Positions 1-9,142 of a DNA stretch of 27,850 nucleotides are shown here, piece by piece. The notes under the pieces are model-generated. The model was given only the letters and a program-made list of their open reading frames with translations. It searched no databases and was not told where the DNA came from. Position 1 is the first letter of the stretch; each line of letters opens with the position of its first letter. Both the position numbers and the translations under genes were made by a program. The stretch is from Minisyncoccota bacterium (GTDB taxonomy: Bacteria; Patescibacteriota; Minisyncoccia; Phycocordibacterales; UBA9973), in assembly GCA_017992485.1 (NCBI GenBank), contig JAGOOL010000001.1:1-27850 (forward strand), given 5' to 3'.

Positions 1-353
1 GGTGACATTGGATCTACTTGTACTGAGCTTTTGAAAAATCTCGCACGCTCAGCCATCATATGAGCAACCGTTTTAATGTTATCGACTTTCTTCTTTTGAA
101 AATCATTTACATCGATAAAGAAATCGGCGGTGGCATCTGTTTCACTTTTATTTTTATCAACAATCTTTTTTACCAGGTGATTGAGTGCGGAAAGTGTTTC
201 GCCGTTCTTGCCGATCAAGGCGTGTGAATCATTTGAACGAATTTGATACCAAACGATATCTTCTATTTCGGGTGAGTGAAAAGTAATTTCTTCATAGGGA
301 AAGTTACCTGATCGGAGAACATCTTCAATTATCTTCTTAATTGTTTCGCTCAT
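1..353 (-). CDS. jag: Jag/KhpB-like KH-R3H RNA-binding protein (3' end runs off the window)
   Basis: Manual translation from ATG 353: MSETIKKIIEDVLRSGNFPYEE...DSHALIGKNGETLSALNHLVKKIV...FFIDVNDFQKKKVDNIKTVAHMMAERARFFKSSVQVDPMS. It has the KH motif LIGxxGxTLxAL and the start of an R3H domain, lies directly downstream of yidC, and lacks the Jag_N domain. Not in the ORF track. Confidence 0.88.
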   Translation of the reverse strand, partial: MSETIKKIIEDVLRSGNFPYEEITFHSPEIEDIVWYQIRSNDSHALIGKNGETLSALNHLVKKIVDKNKSETDATADFFIDVNDFQKKKVDNIKTVAHMMAERARFFKSSVQVDPMS

Positions 354-1101
354 AATTTTTAGTGTAACGTTGGCGAATATAATACTCTTGAGCGATCGTT
401 ACAATGATGTTTACTGCCCAATAAATACCGATTGCTGCCGGGAGTGTATATACAAAGAAACCAACCATGACCGGGAGGAAATATTTCATGCTGTTTTGCA
501 TCGATTGCTGCATTTCAGCCTGCATATTTTTCTTTGAAACTCCTTCGGTGGTAACAGCCGGGATTGTAACTGCTTTATTTTGATTAGCAGTACGCATTGC
601 AAGCCATGCTTGAACGAACTGAAGAGCGGCAACAACAAGAGCGAGACCAATCAAATGATTGTGAGTAATATCAAAACCGAGGAACATCGTACTGACGTTC
701 TCAGGGAAGTGAACTGTGCCATAAAGAAATTCTTGGTGTGGAGTAAAGCCACCAAGAACGACACGATAGAGCGCAATAATAATCGGGAACTGGATCAAAA
801 GGAGGAAACAGCCTGTGAAAGGATTGACCTTGTGCTCTTTGTAGAGCTCAAAAGTCTTTTTGCTCTGCATATTCTTGTCAGTGGCATGTTCTTCACGGAT
901 TTTCTGCAATTTTGGCTCAATTGCTTTCATGGCAACCTGACTTTTGATCATTTTCGCTGTAAATGGCAACAAAATAATCTTTACCAAGAGGGTAAGGGCG
1001 ACAACAGCCAGTCCAGCATTACCTGCAAAGAGGATAATGAGGAGGACAAGAAGATTATAAAGTGGTTTGTAGAGTATTGCGTTCCAAAGGGTTTTTAACA
1101 T
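337..1101 (-). CDS. yidC: YidC/Oxa1 membrane protein insertase, short form without a large periplasmic domain
   Basis: Motifs AVVALTLLVKIILLP, YKEHKVNPFTGC and LLIQFPIIIALY, C-terminal GIYW; canonical position in the rpmH-rnpA-yidD-yidC-jag operon. Confidence 0.96.
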   Translation of the reverse strand: MLKTLWNAILYKPLYNLLVLLIILFAGNAGLAVVALTLLVKIILLPFTAKMIKSQVAMKAIEPKLQKIREEHATDKNMQSKKTFELYKEHKVNPFTGCFLLLIQFPIIIALYRVVLGGFTPHQEFLYGTVHFPENVSTMFLGFDITHNHLIGLALVVAALQFVQAWLAMRTANQNKAVTIPAVTTEGVSKKNMQAEMQQSMQNSMKYFLPVMVGFFVYTLPAAIGIYWAVNIIVTIAQEYYIRQRYTKNYERNN

Positions 1102-1149
1102 GCCCGTATTGTAACGGAGTGAGGGTAAAAAAGCTATTACAGAGAGAAA

Positions 1150-1404
1150 TTATTGAACCGGATCGTAACCACCATCATTAAATGGATGACACTTACTGAT
1201 TCTTTTAAGTGACACTGGAATTCCTTTCAGTAATCCGTACTTTTCAATAGCATCAATCGCATATTCTGAGCATGTCGGATGAAAACGACATATTCTTTTT
1301 TGAAAAATATATTTTAAGAAGCTGTGATCAGGAGAAAGAAAACGCTGATACCCTTTTATGAGGGCTATAGCGATGCGCTTTAGGATTTTTTCAATGTTTT
1401 GCAT
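1150..1404 (-). CDS. yidD: Membrane protein insertion efficiency factor YidD
   Basis: [26 protein letters not shown] and [16 protein letters not shown] signature; synteny. Confidence 0.96.
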   Translation of the reverse strand: MQNIEKILKRIAIALIKGYQRFLSPDHSFLKYIFQKRICRFHPTCSEYAIDAIEKYGLLKGIPVSLKRISKCHPFNDGGYDPVQ

Positions 1405-1712
1405 ATTGTCTCAACTGCTGTAACAAGTGTCTTGTATGGAGCGTCTATCGCTTCACGATTTGGCATAAAAACAATCGAGTAGGGAAGTGTGTACATTTTA
1501 GCAGTTTTAAGTGCTGAATATATCCGACGGCGGACCTTATTGCGTTCTACTGCCGTTTTGAAGATCTTTTTAGAGGCGGCGACGGCAAATGTCGGCTTAT
1601 TGGCCTCATTTTTCATATATTTCATTAGAAAATAAGGGTTTTTTAGCGTTTTGGCACGTGAAAAAAGGAGAGGGACCTCTTCTCCTTTCATTCTGTTAGC
1701 CTTAGGTAGCAT
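1380..1712 (-). CDS. rnpA: Ribonuclease P protein component
   Basis: MLPKANR start and the RNR motif [17 protein letters not shown]; starts 1 nt after the rpmH stop. Confidence 0.93.
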   Translation of the reverse strand: MLPKANRMKGEEVPLLFSRAKTLKNPYFLMKYMKNEANKPTFAVAASKKIFKTAVERNKVRRRIYSALKTAKMYTLPYSIVFMPNREAIDAPYKTLVTAVETICKTLKKS

Positions 1713-1713
1713 A

Positions 1714-1863
1714 CTATTTTTTGTGGCTTGAGACCGTCAAAGCCTTGCGGCCCTTGCGGCGACGGCGGACGAGAACTTTCTGGCCGGTCGAAGTTTTGCC
1801 ACGCGTAAGAAAACCATGGGTCTTCGCGCGCTTTCGTTTTTTCGGCTGGTATGTTTGTGACAT
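1714..1863 (-). CDS. rpmH: 50S ribosomal protein bL34
   Basis: Manual translation (49 aa): [49 protein letters not shown]. It has the L34 signature TYQP..RKR..THGF..R and is divergent from dnaA. Too short for the ORF track. Confidence 0.97.
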   Translation of the reverse strand: MSQTYQPKKRKRAKTHGFLTRGKTSTGQKVLVRRRRKGRKALTVSSHKK

Positions 1864-1948
1864 GTGAAGCAATATACACTAGTATACCTATTTAGACAAT
1901 ACTCAGAAAAGCTTTATAAAACATTGTGTAATATTTCATGAAAATATG

Positions 1949-2010
1949 TGTGGATTGAGGAAACCTATATAGGACAAGGTATTAATTGCCTTATCAACAA
2001 GTTATCCACA
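1949..2010. promoter_or_regulatory. DnaA boxes upstream of dnaA (left part of oriC and/or dnaA autoregulation)
   Basis: Perfect TTATCCACA at 2002-2010, TTATCAACA at 1991-1999 (1 mismatch), TGTGGATTG at 1949-1957 (2 mismatches). Confidence 0.8.
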
Positions 2011-2033
2011 TATTATTCTAAAAAGCACAAGGT

Positions 2034-2061
2034 TTGCAGACAGCGAAGAGAAGCCTATAAT
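2034..2061 (+). promoter_or_regulatory. dnaA promoter, probably leaderless
   Basis: TTGCAG (2034-2039), 16 nt, TATAAT (2056-2061), then 6 nt to ATG 2068. Confidence 0.6.
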
Positions 2062-2067
2062 GATGCC

Positions 2068-3429
2068 ATGTTAGATACTAGAGAAATTTGGAATAGCTGT
2101 CTTCGAGATATCGAGAAGGAAGTTTCAGGCGCTAACTTTAGTACATGGTTTAAAAACACACATATTGCAAAGGAGGATTCAGGAACTATTTATGTGGGCG
2201 TTCCAAACGAATTCGTAAAGGAATGGCTTACCACAAAGTACACACCAACAATCTTGCGTATTCTTATGACGTACTTGGATAACGCTCGAAGTGTTGAGTA
2301 CACCATCACAAGATTTGATAGAGACCGAACAAAAGACGAGAGTCCGGTGCATATTTTGCCGTCACGAGAGCTTCCTCTTAAAGATCTCTATATTAATAAG
2401 GAAGATAACCTTAATCCTCGCTATATTTTCGACACATTTATTGTTGGATCGTTCAATGAGCTCGCTTATGCTGCCGCTCAGGCAATCATCAACAAACCTG
2501 GTGTTCTCTATAACCCATTCTTTATCTACGGAAGTACTGGTCTCGGCAAAACCCACCTTATGCAGGCGACAGGTAACGCCATCAAGGAAAAATACCCTGA
2601 GAAAAAGGTTCATTACATTACGCTTGAGAAGTTTGCGAACGACTATATCAACTCTTTGCAGGGGAATAGCAAGTCAAACCCGTTCCAATTCAAGGAAAAG
2701 TACCGAAAATATGACTGTCTCCTTATCGATGACATCCAATTCATCGGCAAAATGGAAAAAACACAGGAAGAACTCTTCCATCTCTTTAATACGTTCTACG
2801 ATCACAATAAGCAAATTATCTTTTCTTCCGACAAACACCCAAACTTCATCCCGGGTCTCGAGGATCGCCTCAAATCACGCTTCTCCGCCGGAATGATCGT
2901 CGACTTTGTTGACCCGGATTATGAGTCTCGTGTCGCTATTCTCAAGGCAAAGAGTCGTCAGCTTGGTATTGAAATTACTGACGAGGTTATGTCATTCATT
3001 GCAACCTCTATCCAAGGCAACATTCGAGAGCTTGAAGGCGTTTTAAACACGATTATCGTCCAGACACAGCTCAAGCAGAAGCCGCTTTCGATAAATGAGA
3101 TCAAAAACCTCATTAAAAACAGCGTCAAACCAAAGAAAAACGTCTCTGTTAAGGATATCGTTAAGCTCATCACTGATTTTTACAACCTCGAAGAGGCTAC
3201 TGTCTATGAGAAAACCCGTAGAAAGGAAATTGTTAAGGCTCGTCAAGTAATTATGTATATTCTCCGAGAAGATTTTAATGTTTCTTACCCTTTGATCGGC
3301 CAAAAGCTCGGCGGTAAAGACCACACAACTGTCATCCACTCACACTTAAAGATCCGAAACGATCTTAAGGTAGATCAAACGTTAGTTGATGAAGTTGAAC
3401 AAATTCGCGTTCTTTTTAAGAGTGTTTAG
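2068..3429 (+). CDS. dnaA: Chromosomal replication initiator DnaA (453 aa)
   Basis: Walker A GSTGLGKT, Walker B LLIDDIQF, domain IV KARQVIMY and GGKDHTTVIH. Start reassigned from GTG 1948 to ATG 2068 (MLDTREIW), because the extension covers DnaA boxes and the promoter. Confidence 0.98.
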   Translation: MLDTREIWNSCLRDIEKEVSGANFSTWFKNTHIAKEDSGTIYVGVPNEFVKEWLTTKYTPTILRILMTYLDNARSVEYTITRFDRDRTKDESPVHILPSRELPLKDLYINKEDNLNPRYIFDTFIVGSFNELAYAAAQAIINKPGVLYNPFFIYGSTGLGKTHLMQATGNAIKEKYPEKKVHYITLEKFANDYINSLQGNSKSNPFQFKEKYRKYDCLLIDDIQFIGKMEKTQEELFHLFNTFYDHNKQIIFSSDKHPNFIPGLEDRLKSRFSAGMIVDFVDPDYESRVAILKAKSRQLGIEITDEVMSFIATSIQGNIRELEGVLNTIIVQTQLKQKPLSINEIKNLIKNSVKPKKNVSVKDIVKLITDFYNLEEATVYEKTRRKEIVKARQVIMYILREDFNVSYPLIGQKLGGKDHTTVIHSHLKIRNDLKVDQTLVDEVEQIRVLFKSV

Positions 3430-3670
3430 TTTTCAAAACTGGGGATAAATCGGTTAATAAGTGGATAACTATTCTAGGAAAACCACATGAATAGCTTGTG
3501 GATGTAAAAAGAACAACTTGGAGGTAGTGTGGTTAGGTGGAAAACGAGCCGACGTTATCCACAAAACCAAAAACACGGTTTCCAAAACAGGGTATATGGA
3601 TTAAGGCCTAAAAAGTAATCCACATATCCACAGCGCTAATAGTAATAATAGATTCTTAATATATAAATAT
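3430..3670. other. oriC: Replication origin oriC (dnaA-dnaN intergenic unwinding region)
   Basis: DnaA boxes at 3440-3448 (TGGGGATAA), 3460-3468 (AGTGGATAA), 3497-3505 (TGTGGATGT), 3555-3563 (perfect TTATCCACA), and tandem 3616-3624 and 3624-3632. These are followed by GCG, the trio-like run CTA-ATA-GTA-ATA-ATA (3636-3650) and an AT-only tract. Confidence 0.88.
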
Positions 3671-4768
3671 ATGAGACTAGAGTGCATAAGTGAAAAACTA
3701 AAAAGTATTGTAAGTACAGCAGATCGAATAACAGGAAAGAATGTTGCACTTCCGGCTCTTTCATCTATCCTCCTTGTTGCATCAGGTAAGAGTCTCAAGG
3801 TTAGAGCGACCAATTTGAGTCTTGGTATTGAGATAGAAATCCCAGCCAAAATTGAAGAGGAAGGTACTATTGCTATTACGGGCGCAGTTCTCAACAGTTT
3901 CCTCGGCAATATCCCCAATACTGGAACAGTGAGTCTTGTGGCAGAGAAAGATAATATTCGTTTGGCTTCAAAAACGAGTAATGCTTTGATTAAATGCCTT
4001 CCATATGAAGATTTTCCAACACTACCTTCTGTCGACGGTGCAACATTTACTGTTCCAATAGAAAAACTCCTTGATGGTTTCCGTTCAGTCATGTTTGCCG
4101 GTGCTGTTTCTGATATAAAGCCGGAAATTGCCTCAGTTTACGTCTATACGGACAACGACGATCTTGTTTTCGTAGCTACGGACTCATTTCGCCTTGCTGA
4201 AAAGAAAGTAAAACTCAAAGAACCAATTGATATTCCCTCGATTATCATTCCACTCAAGAATGTTGTTGATATTGTTCGCACTTTTGAATCGGTTGACGGT
4301 GATATGTCTGTAACTATTTCTGAACATCAGATTTCATTTACTACAAATGGCGTGTACGTCACTAGTCGCCTCATTAACGGTACCTTCCCTGATTATCGGC
4401 AGATTATCCCAAAAGAGCACACAACAGACGCTGTGGTACTCAAATCAGACCTCACACAGGCACTCAAGCTTTCAAACGTCTTCGCCGGAAAATTTAATCA
4501 AATAACATTCACACTCGACCCTGAGGCAAAAGAATGTTCACTCGCTTCTCGTAATAGTGATGTTGGTGAGCAAAAAACCACAGTCAGTGGAGCAATGAAA
4601 GGAAATAAAATCGAAGTCCTGGTTAATTACCGTTACCTTTCAGAAGTTCTCAATGTCATTGGCAGTGATAGTGTTTCTATTGAGTGTAGTGAATCAAATC
4701 GTCCTATTTTGGTAGAAGGTGTTGGTGATAAAGGATTTCTCTATCTCATGATGCCGATGAATCGGTAA
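3671..4768 (+). CDS. dnaN: DNA polymerase III beta sliding clamp
   Basis: 365 aa; LKVRATNL, VATDSFRLAEK, SRLINGTFPDYRQIIP, YLMMPM; follows dnaA. Confidence 0.98.
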   Translation: MRLECISEKLKSIVSTADRITGKNVALPALSSILLVASGKSLKVRATNLSLGIEIEIPAKIEEEGTIAITGAVLNSFLGNIPNTGTVSLVAEKDNIRLASKTSNALIKCLPYEDFPTLPSVDGATFTVPIEKLLDGFRSVMFAGAVSDIKPEIASVYVYTDNDDLVFVATDSFRLAEKKVKLKEPIDIPSIIIPLKNVVDIVRTFESVDGDMSVTISEHQISFTTNGVYVTSRLINGTFPDYRQIIPKEHTTDAVVLKSDLTQALKLSNVFAGKFNQITFTLDPEAKECSLASRNSDVGEQKTTVSGAMKGNKIEVLVNYRYLSEVLNVIGSDSVSIECSESNRPILVEGVGDKGFLYLMMPMNR

Positions 4769-4804
4769 TTTCTCCAAAAAGTATTTTAGGAGTACTATCA
4801 AACT

Positions 4805-5056
4805 ATGAATTCTTTTGCTTCATTTTCCGAAGATATTAGAAAAAGGATAATGAAATCTTTTGATGAGAAGGAAGTTATTTCTCTTGCTCTTAAAAAAATA
4901 GTTAAACAAGATATAAAAAAAGATCTCATTTCTATTCGCGATACTGTCCTCTCTATTCGAGTTAGTGGTGTTTTAAAACAAGAAATTTACGCTAAATCCA
5001 AAGAAATACAGCGCCTATTGAATGGCGCTGGGATTTCCGTAACTGAAATTCGGTAG
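4805..5056 (+). CDS. Small hypothetical protein, possibly DciA/DUF721-like
   Basis: 83 aa with AGGAG and TACTAT upstream. The pattern ISIRDTVLSIRVSGVLKQEIYAKSKEIQRLLN resembles the DUF721 core by eye only. Confidence 0.6.
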   Translation: MNSFASFSEDIRKRIMKSFDEKEVISLALKKIVKQDIKKDLISIRDTVLSIRVSGVLKQEIYAKSKEIQRLLNGAGISVTEIR

Positions 5057-5088
5057 TGTTCCGAAAAATAATTATTTTTTTATTTAAT

Positions 5089-7620
5089 TTATAGTCCTGA
5101 AACTGTGAAGCTAACTGTAGCTTCTTTTTTATTGAATATAGAATCAGTAGCTATGGCTTTCAACTCATTAAGTGAACTAATACTGGCAACTGATGATGGT
5201 GTGACAGTAAATGAGAATGGTGAATTATCTGAAGTTCCGATATATGTTTCGTTGATAAAGTAATCAACTTTCTTTATTTGATTTGGACTACTTACAGAAA
5301 CCAAAACAGTCAGTGCTGCATTTGCATCATATGTTGTGTTTGTATTTGGAGTGAGGATACTAACACCGATACTATTTTGGCTTGTGTGGACATTGTCATA
5401 GTAGGTTGGAGGAGGAATATTTCCTGTATTTGGAATTAAACCAGGATGTTCTGCTGCCCACTTAAGAACAGGAGCTTCCCAGAGATGGAATTGAGGATCA
5501 GAACTTGGGTTTGTTGGAACTGGTCCTGTTGGGTCATTTTTATTTACCCAATAGAGAATATCGTGAACACCTGTTGTAACAACTTCTTTTTTTGTTTCAT
5601 CAGGAGTAAATTCTGTTGCAAGCCCACCAGAAACTGTATCAATAAAATAGCTTTGGCCGCCTTGCCACTGACCACGGAGAACAGGTTTGAGTGAACTATA
5701 ATTTTCAGGTTGATTTGGTTCTTCAAATTGTTCGTTTGGCATAGTCTTGAGTGCTTCAGCCATAAATGCGTGCCAAAGTGGACCAGAGACCGCAGATCCA
5801 CCTTTTGTCATTTTTGAATTATCACTATTGCCTGACCAGGCACCAACTGCAATCGTTGGAGTGTATCCCATAACCCAAGCATCACGGTTGTCGTTTGTTG
5901 TACCAGTTTTAGCTGCAACATCACGACCAGCGAAGTAGAGAGGGGAGTTTGCACCAAACGTTGGAATACGAGCATTATTATCAGAGAGAACATCAGAAAT
6001 TTGGAGAGCAACATTTTTCGGAATAACTTGAACACTTTCTTCTTTATATTCCTCAATAATCTTTCCATCTTTATCTGTAACAGTAAGAACCGGTGTTGGT
6101 TGCATACGAACACCTTCGTTTGCAAAAACACCATAAGCACTAGTCATATCAAGAAGTGAAACTTCACCACCACCGAGTACGAGGGTGAGGCCATATGTTT
6201 TTGCTTCACCAAGAGAGTGAATACCCATATCTTTTGCAGTTTTAAGTGTTTCATCGAGACCAGCGAGATAGAGTGTTTTAACAGCTGGAACGTTTCGTGA
6301 TTCAGCGAGCGCACTTCTCATTGAAATCGGACCCTTAAAAAGGTTATCGAAGTTGTCCGGATTGTAGCAAGATGCACTGTTACCGGAACATGAATTTGAG
6401 AATTCTGTTGGAACATCAAAAAGAACAGTTTCAGGCAGGAATCCTTTTTCAAATGCAGTCGCATAAGCAAATGGCTTAAATGATGAACCAGGCTGACGAG
6501 GAGAAGTCGCAGAATTAAAGTTTGGATCGAACTTACAGTCTTTTCCGGAAATACAACCTTCAGGAAGCGCTTTACCGAAATAATCTCGACTACCAACCAT
6601 AGTTAAAATCTGGCCGGTTTTTGGATCAACTGCAACAAGTCCAGCATTTGAGGCCTTGGCTGTTTTTTCATTTTTCTCCGCCCATTCCTTAACTATTTTT
6701 TCACCCTTTTCTTGAAGGCTCCAATCAAGTGTTGTAATAACTTTGAGTCCACCAGTATATACGGTATCTTCACCGTATTTGTTCATAAGGTAATCACGAA
6801 CATAAAAAACGAAGTGTGGTGCTTTGATACCGACTTGTTCTTTTGGTTGAAAAACAACAACTTCAGCTTTTGCTGCTGTATATTCTTCCTGGCTAAGGTA
6901 ACCTTGGTCGAACATATTTTTGAGTACTTGGTTTTTTCGGTTTTCAAGTCGATCGAGGTTTTTACCGTATGGAGAATATTGAGTTGGAGATTGAGGAATA
7001 GCTGCGAGGTAAGCAGCTTCTGCAACAGTGAGGTCTGCCGGATTTTTTTTGAAATAGCTCTGAGACGCTTCTTGAACGCCATATATAGCACCGCCATATG
7101 GGTTTTCATTGAGATAGAGAGCAAGAATTTCATCTTTACCGAGTGTCCGGTCGACTTTTATAGAGAGAATCCACTCTTTGAATTTACGCGTGACACTTTT
7201 TTCTTGAGTAAGTAATGAATTCTTGATAACTTGTTGAGTTATTGTTGAGCCTCCTTGTGAGTCACCTTTAAAGATGGTGGAAAAAACCGCTCGAATAATA
7301 GATGTCGGTCGAATACCGTGATGGTTGTAGAATTCTCGATCTTCGATTGAGATTGTCGCGTTTTTAATATTTTCACCCATACTCTCAAGAGGAATAATTG
7401 TGCGTTTAACATCATCATGGAGGTCGTAGAGGAGTGTTTCACCTGTGCGGTCGTAGATTTTTGTCGAATTGAGGATTTTACGATCATTGAGTGATCGAAA
7501 ATCAGGAATTTTAGCTGTTCCTATCCAAATAAATAAAACACCAACAGCAATGGCACCTAAGCCAAGGATGGACAAACCGATATTTCTGATTTTCCGGGAG
7601 ATAATTTTTTTCTTTCTCAT
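5089..7620 (-). CDS. Class A bifunctional penicillin-binding protein (PBP1A family) with C-terminal Ig-like domain
   Basis: N-terminal TM; glycosyltransferase motifs EDREFYNHHG and GGSTITQQ; transpeptidase motifs SSFK, SRN and KTGT; beta-rich C-terminal ~90 aa. Confidence 0.95.
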   Translation of the reverse strand: MRKKKIISRKIRNIGLSILGLGAIAVGVLFIWIGTAKIPDFRSLNDRKILNSTKIYDRTGETLLYDLHDDVKRTIIPLESMGENIKNATISIEDREFYNHHGIRPTSIIRAVFSTIFKGDSQGGSTITQQVIKNSLLTQEKSVTRKFKEWILSIKVDRTLGKDEILALYLNENPYGGAIYGVQEASQSYFKKNPADLTVAEAAYLAAIPQSPTQYSPYGKNLDRLENRKNQVLKNMFDQGYLSQEEYTAAKAEVVVFQPKEQVGIKAPHFVFYVRDYLMNKYGEDTVYTGGLKVITTLDWSLQEKGEKIVKEWAEKNEKTAKASNAGLVAVDPKTGQILTMVGSRDYFGKALPEGCISGKDCKFDPNFNSATSPRQPGSSFKPFAYATAFEKGFLPETVLFDVPTEFSNSCSGNSASCYNPDNFDNLFKGPISMRSALAESRNVPAVKTLYLAGLDETLKTAKDMGIHSLGEAKTYGLTLVLGGGEVSLLDMTSAYGVFANEGVRMQPTPVLTVTDKDGKIIEEYKEESVQVIPKNVALQISDVLSDNNARIPTFGANSPLYFAGRDVAAKTGTTNDNRDAWVMGYTPTIAVGAWSGNSDNSKMTKGGSAVSGPLWHAFMAEALKTMPNEQFEEPNQPENYSSLKPVLRGQWQGGQSYFIDTVSGGLATEFTPDETKKEVVTTGVHDILYWVNKNDPTGPVPTNPSSDPQFHLWEAPVLKWAAEHPGLIPNTGNIPPPTYYDNVHTSQNSIGVSILTPNTNTTYDANAALTVLVSVSSPNQIKKVDYFINETYIGTSDNSPFSFTVTPSSVASISSLNELKAIATDSIFNKKEATVSFTVSGL

Positions 7621-7686
7621 AGGGTATATAGTAGCACGATAAAGATGACGAAATGAGGCCTTTTGTGTTACATTTGAGCCAATACT

Positions 7687-8904
7687 ATGGCAAATAAGAT
7701 AGATACTGATATCACTAAAATAGAGGACATCCTGAGCCGGGCGGTTGAGGATATTATTGTTAAAGAAGATCTCAAGGAAAAATTACTTTCCGGTAAAAAA
7801 TTACGAATTAAATTTGGTATTGACCCAACAGGTCCGTCTATTCACCTCGGTCGTGCGGTCCCGTTGTGGAAGCTCCGTGCTTTCCAAGATCTTGGACATC
7901 AAATTGTTTTAATCATCGGTGATTTTACTGCAACTATCGGTGACCCTTCAGATAAGCTAGAAAAACGTCCAATGCTCGACAAAAAAACAATCGAGAAAAA
8001 TATGAAGGAGTACAAAAAAATAATCGGTAAAATCATTAATATAAAAAAAGCTGAATTTACCTACAATAGTTCATGGCTCAAAAAATTGAACTTTGCCGAG
8101 ATCAGTCAGCTCGCTGAAAGTTTTTCTGTGCAGCAAATGTCATCTCGCCGCAACTTTAAAGATCGTATTGATAAAGGAGTTGATATTTCTCTTCGTGAAT
8201 TTCTCTATCCACTCATGCAAGGCTACGACTCTGTCGCTGTTAAGGCCGATGTTGAGCTCGGTGGTTTTGATCAATTATTCAACCTAAAGGCTGGTCGTGT
8301 TATTCAGAAACACTATGGGCAGAGAGAACAGGATGTTCTCACGACCGCCATGCTCGAGGGAACTGATGGTAGAAAAATGTCGACGAGTTGGGGAAATGTT
8401 ATTTTGATTACTGATACGGCAGCAGATATGTTCGGTAAGATAATGTCACTCCACGATGATTTAATTGGTAAATATCTTTTACTCACAACCGATACATCAA
8501 CAACAGAAATAGAAAAAATAAAAGCCGAGATTGCTGCTGGTGCTAACCCTCGTGACGCAAAAGTGTTACTCGGTAAAAAAGTTGTTGCGCGATATTACGG
8601 AGAGAAGGAGGCCGAAGCCGCTTATGAGGCTTTCATAAATACGTTTCAGAAAAAAGAAATCCCAGATGATATTGAAGTAGTAAAAATGGAAACAGGAGAA
8701 AAGCTTGGAGATATTCTCGTCCGCGCAAAAGTAGTTGAATCAAAAAGTGAATTTCGAAGACTTGTTGAACAAGGAGGAGTTCATAAACTAACCGGTGTAG
8801 AGAGCAATGAAAAAGGCGAAGGTGAAAAAGTAGAAGATCAGTTTGTGGTCGCGGAAGCCGGAACTTACAAAATCGGCAAACGCAGATTTATAAAGATTAC
8901 ATAG
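7687..8904 (+). CDS. tyrS: Tyrosine--tRNA ligase
   Basis: KFGIDPTGPSIHLG, FLYPLMQGYD, ELGGFDQLFN, KMSTS (KMSKS-like) and an S4-like C-terminus (SKSEFRRLVEQGGV ... IGKRRF). Confidence 0.96.
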   Translation: MANKIDTDITKIEDILSRAVEDIIVKEDLKEKLLSGKKLRIKFGIDPTGPSIHLGRAVPLWKLRAFQDLGHQIVLIIGDFTATIGDPSDKLEKRPMLDKKTIEKNMKEYKKIIGKIINIKKAEFTYNSSWLKKLNFAEISQLAESFSVQQMSSRRNFKDRIDKGVDISLREFLYPLMQGYDSVAVKADVELGGFDQLFNLKAGRVIQKHYGQREQDVLTTAMLEGTDGRKMSTSWGNVILITDTAADMFGKIMSLHDDLIGKYLLLTTDTSTTEIEKIKAEIAAGANPRDAKVLLGKKVVARYYGEKEAEAAYEAFINTFQKKEIPDDIEVVKMETGEKLGDILVRAKVVESKSEFRRLVEQGGVHKLTGVESNEKGEGEKVEDQFVVAEAGTYKIGKRRFIKIT

Positions 8905-8940
8905 TGTTCGCGCCAAAATGATTTACTAAAAAGTAACATA

Positions 8941-8970
8941 AAAAAACGGTCTCAAAAGACCGTTTTTTTT
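8941..8970. terminator. Bidirectional intrinsic terminator
   Basis: AAAAAACGGTCT-CAAA-AGACCGTTTTTTTT between the converging tyrS and the acidic ORF. Confidence 0.85.
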
Positions 8971-9142
8971 ACATATCGAGTAGAAATTCTTCGGGAATGA
9001 CACCTTCCTCGTCTTCTCCCTTGAGTCCGACGTGAGCCACGGCATCATCTTCTGGGTCATCAAAAAGGCTTTCATCTTCGAAGGCTGCAGCAAGATCTAC
9101 ATCTCCTCCGTCCAAATCTTTTTCGTTTTCTTCGTAATCCAT
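8969..9142 (-). CDS. Small hyper-acidic hypothetical protein (57 aa)
   Basis: Manual translation: MDYEENEKDLDGGDVDLAAAFEDESLFDDPEDDAVAHVGLKGEDEEGVIPEEFLLDM. It fills the ruvC-tyrS gap and its stop sits at the terminator's edge. Not in the ORF track. Confidence 0.7.
   Translation of the reverse strand: MDYEENEKDLDGGDVDLAAAFEDESLFDDPEDDAVAHVGLKGEDEEGVIPEEFLLDM

Noticed and set aside
121-180. Suspected frameshift in jag at the A/T homopolymers
   Set aside because: A careful recount keeps the KH and R3H regions in one frame.
1948-2067. 40-aa N-terminal extension of DnaA in the ORF track
   Set aside because: It starts at a GTG inside DnaA boxes and covers the promoter; the DnaA-like sequence begins at ATG 2068.
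7843-8390. TyrS HLGR and KMSTS deviations from HIGH/KMSKS
   Set aside because: They fall within ordinary variation for class I synthetases.
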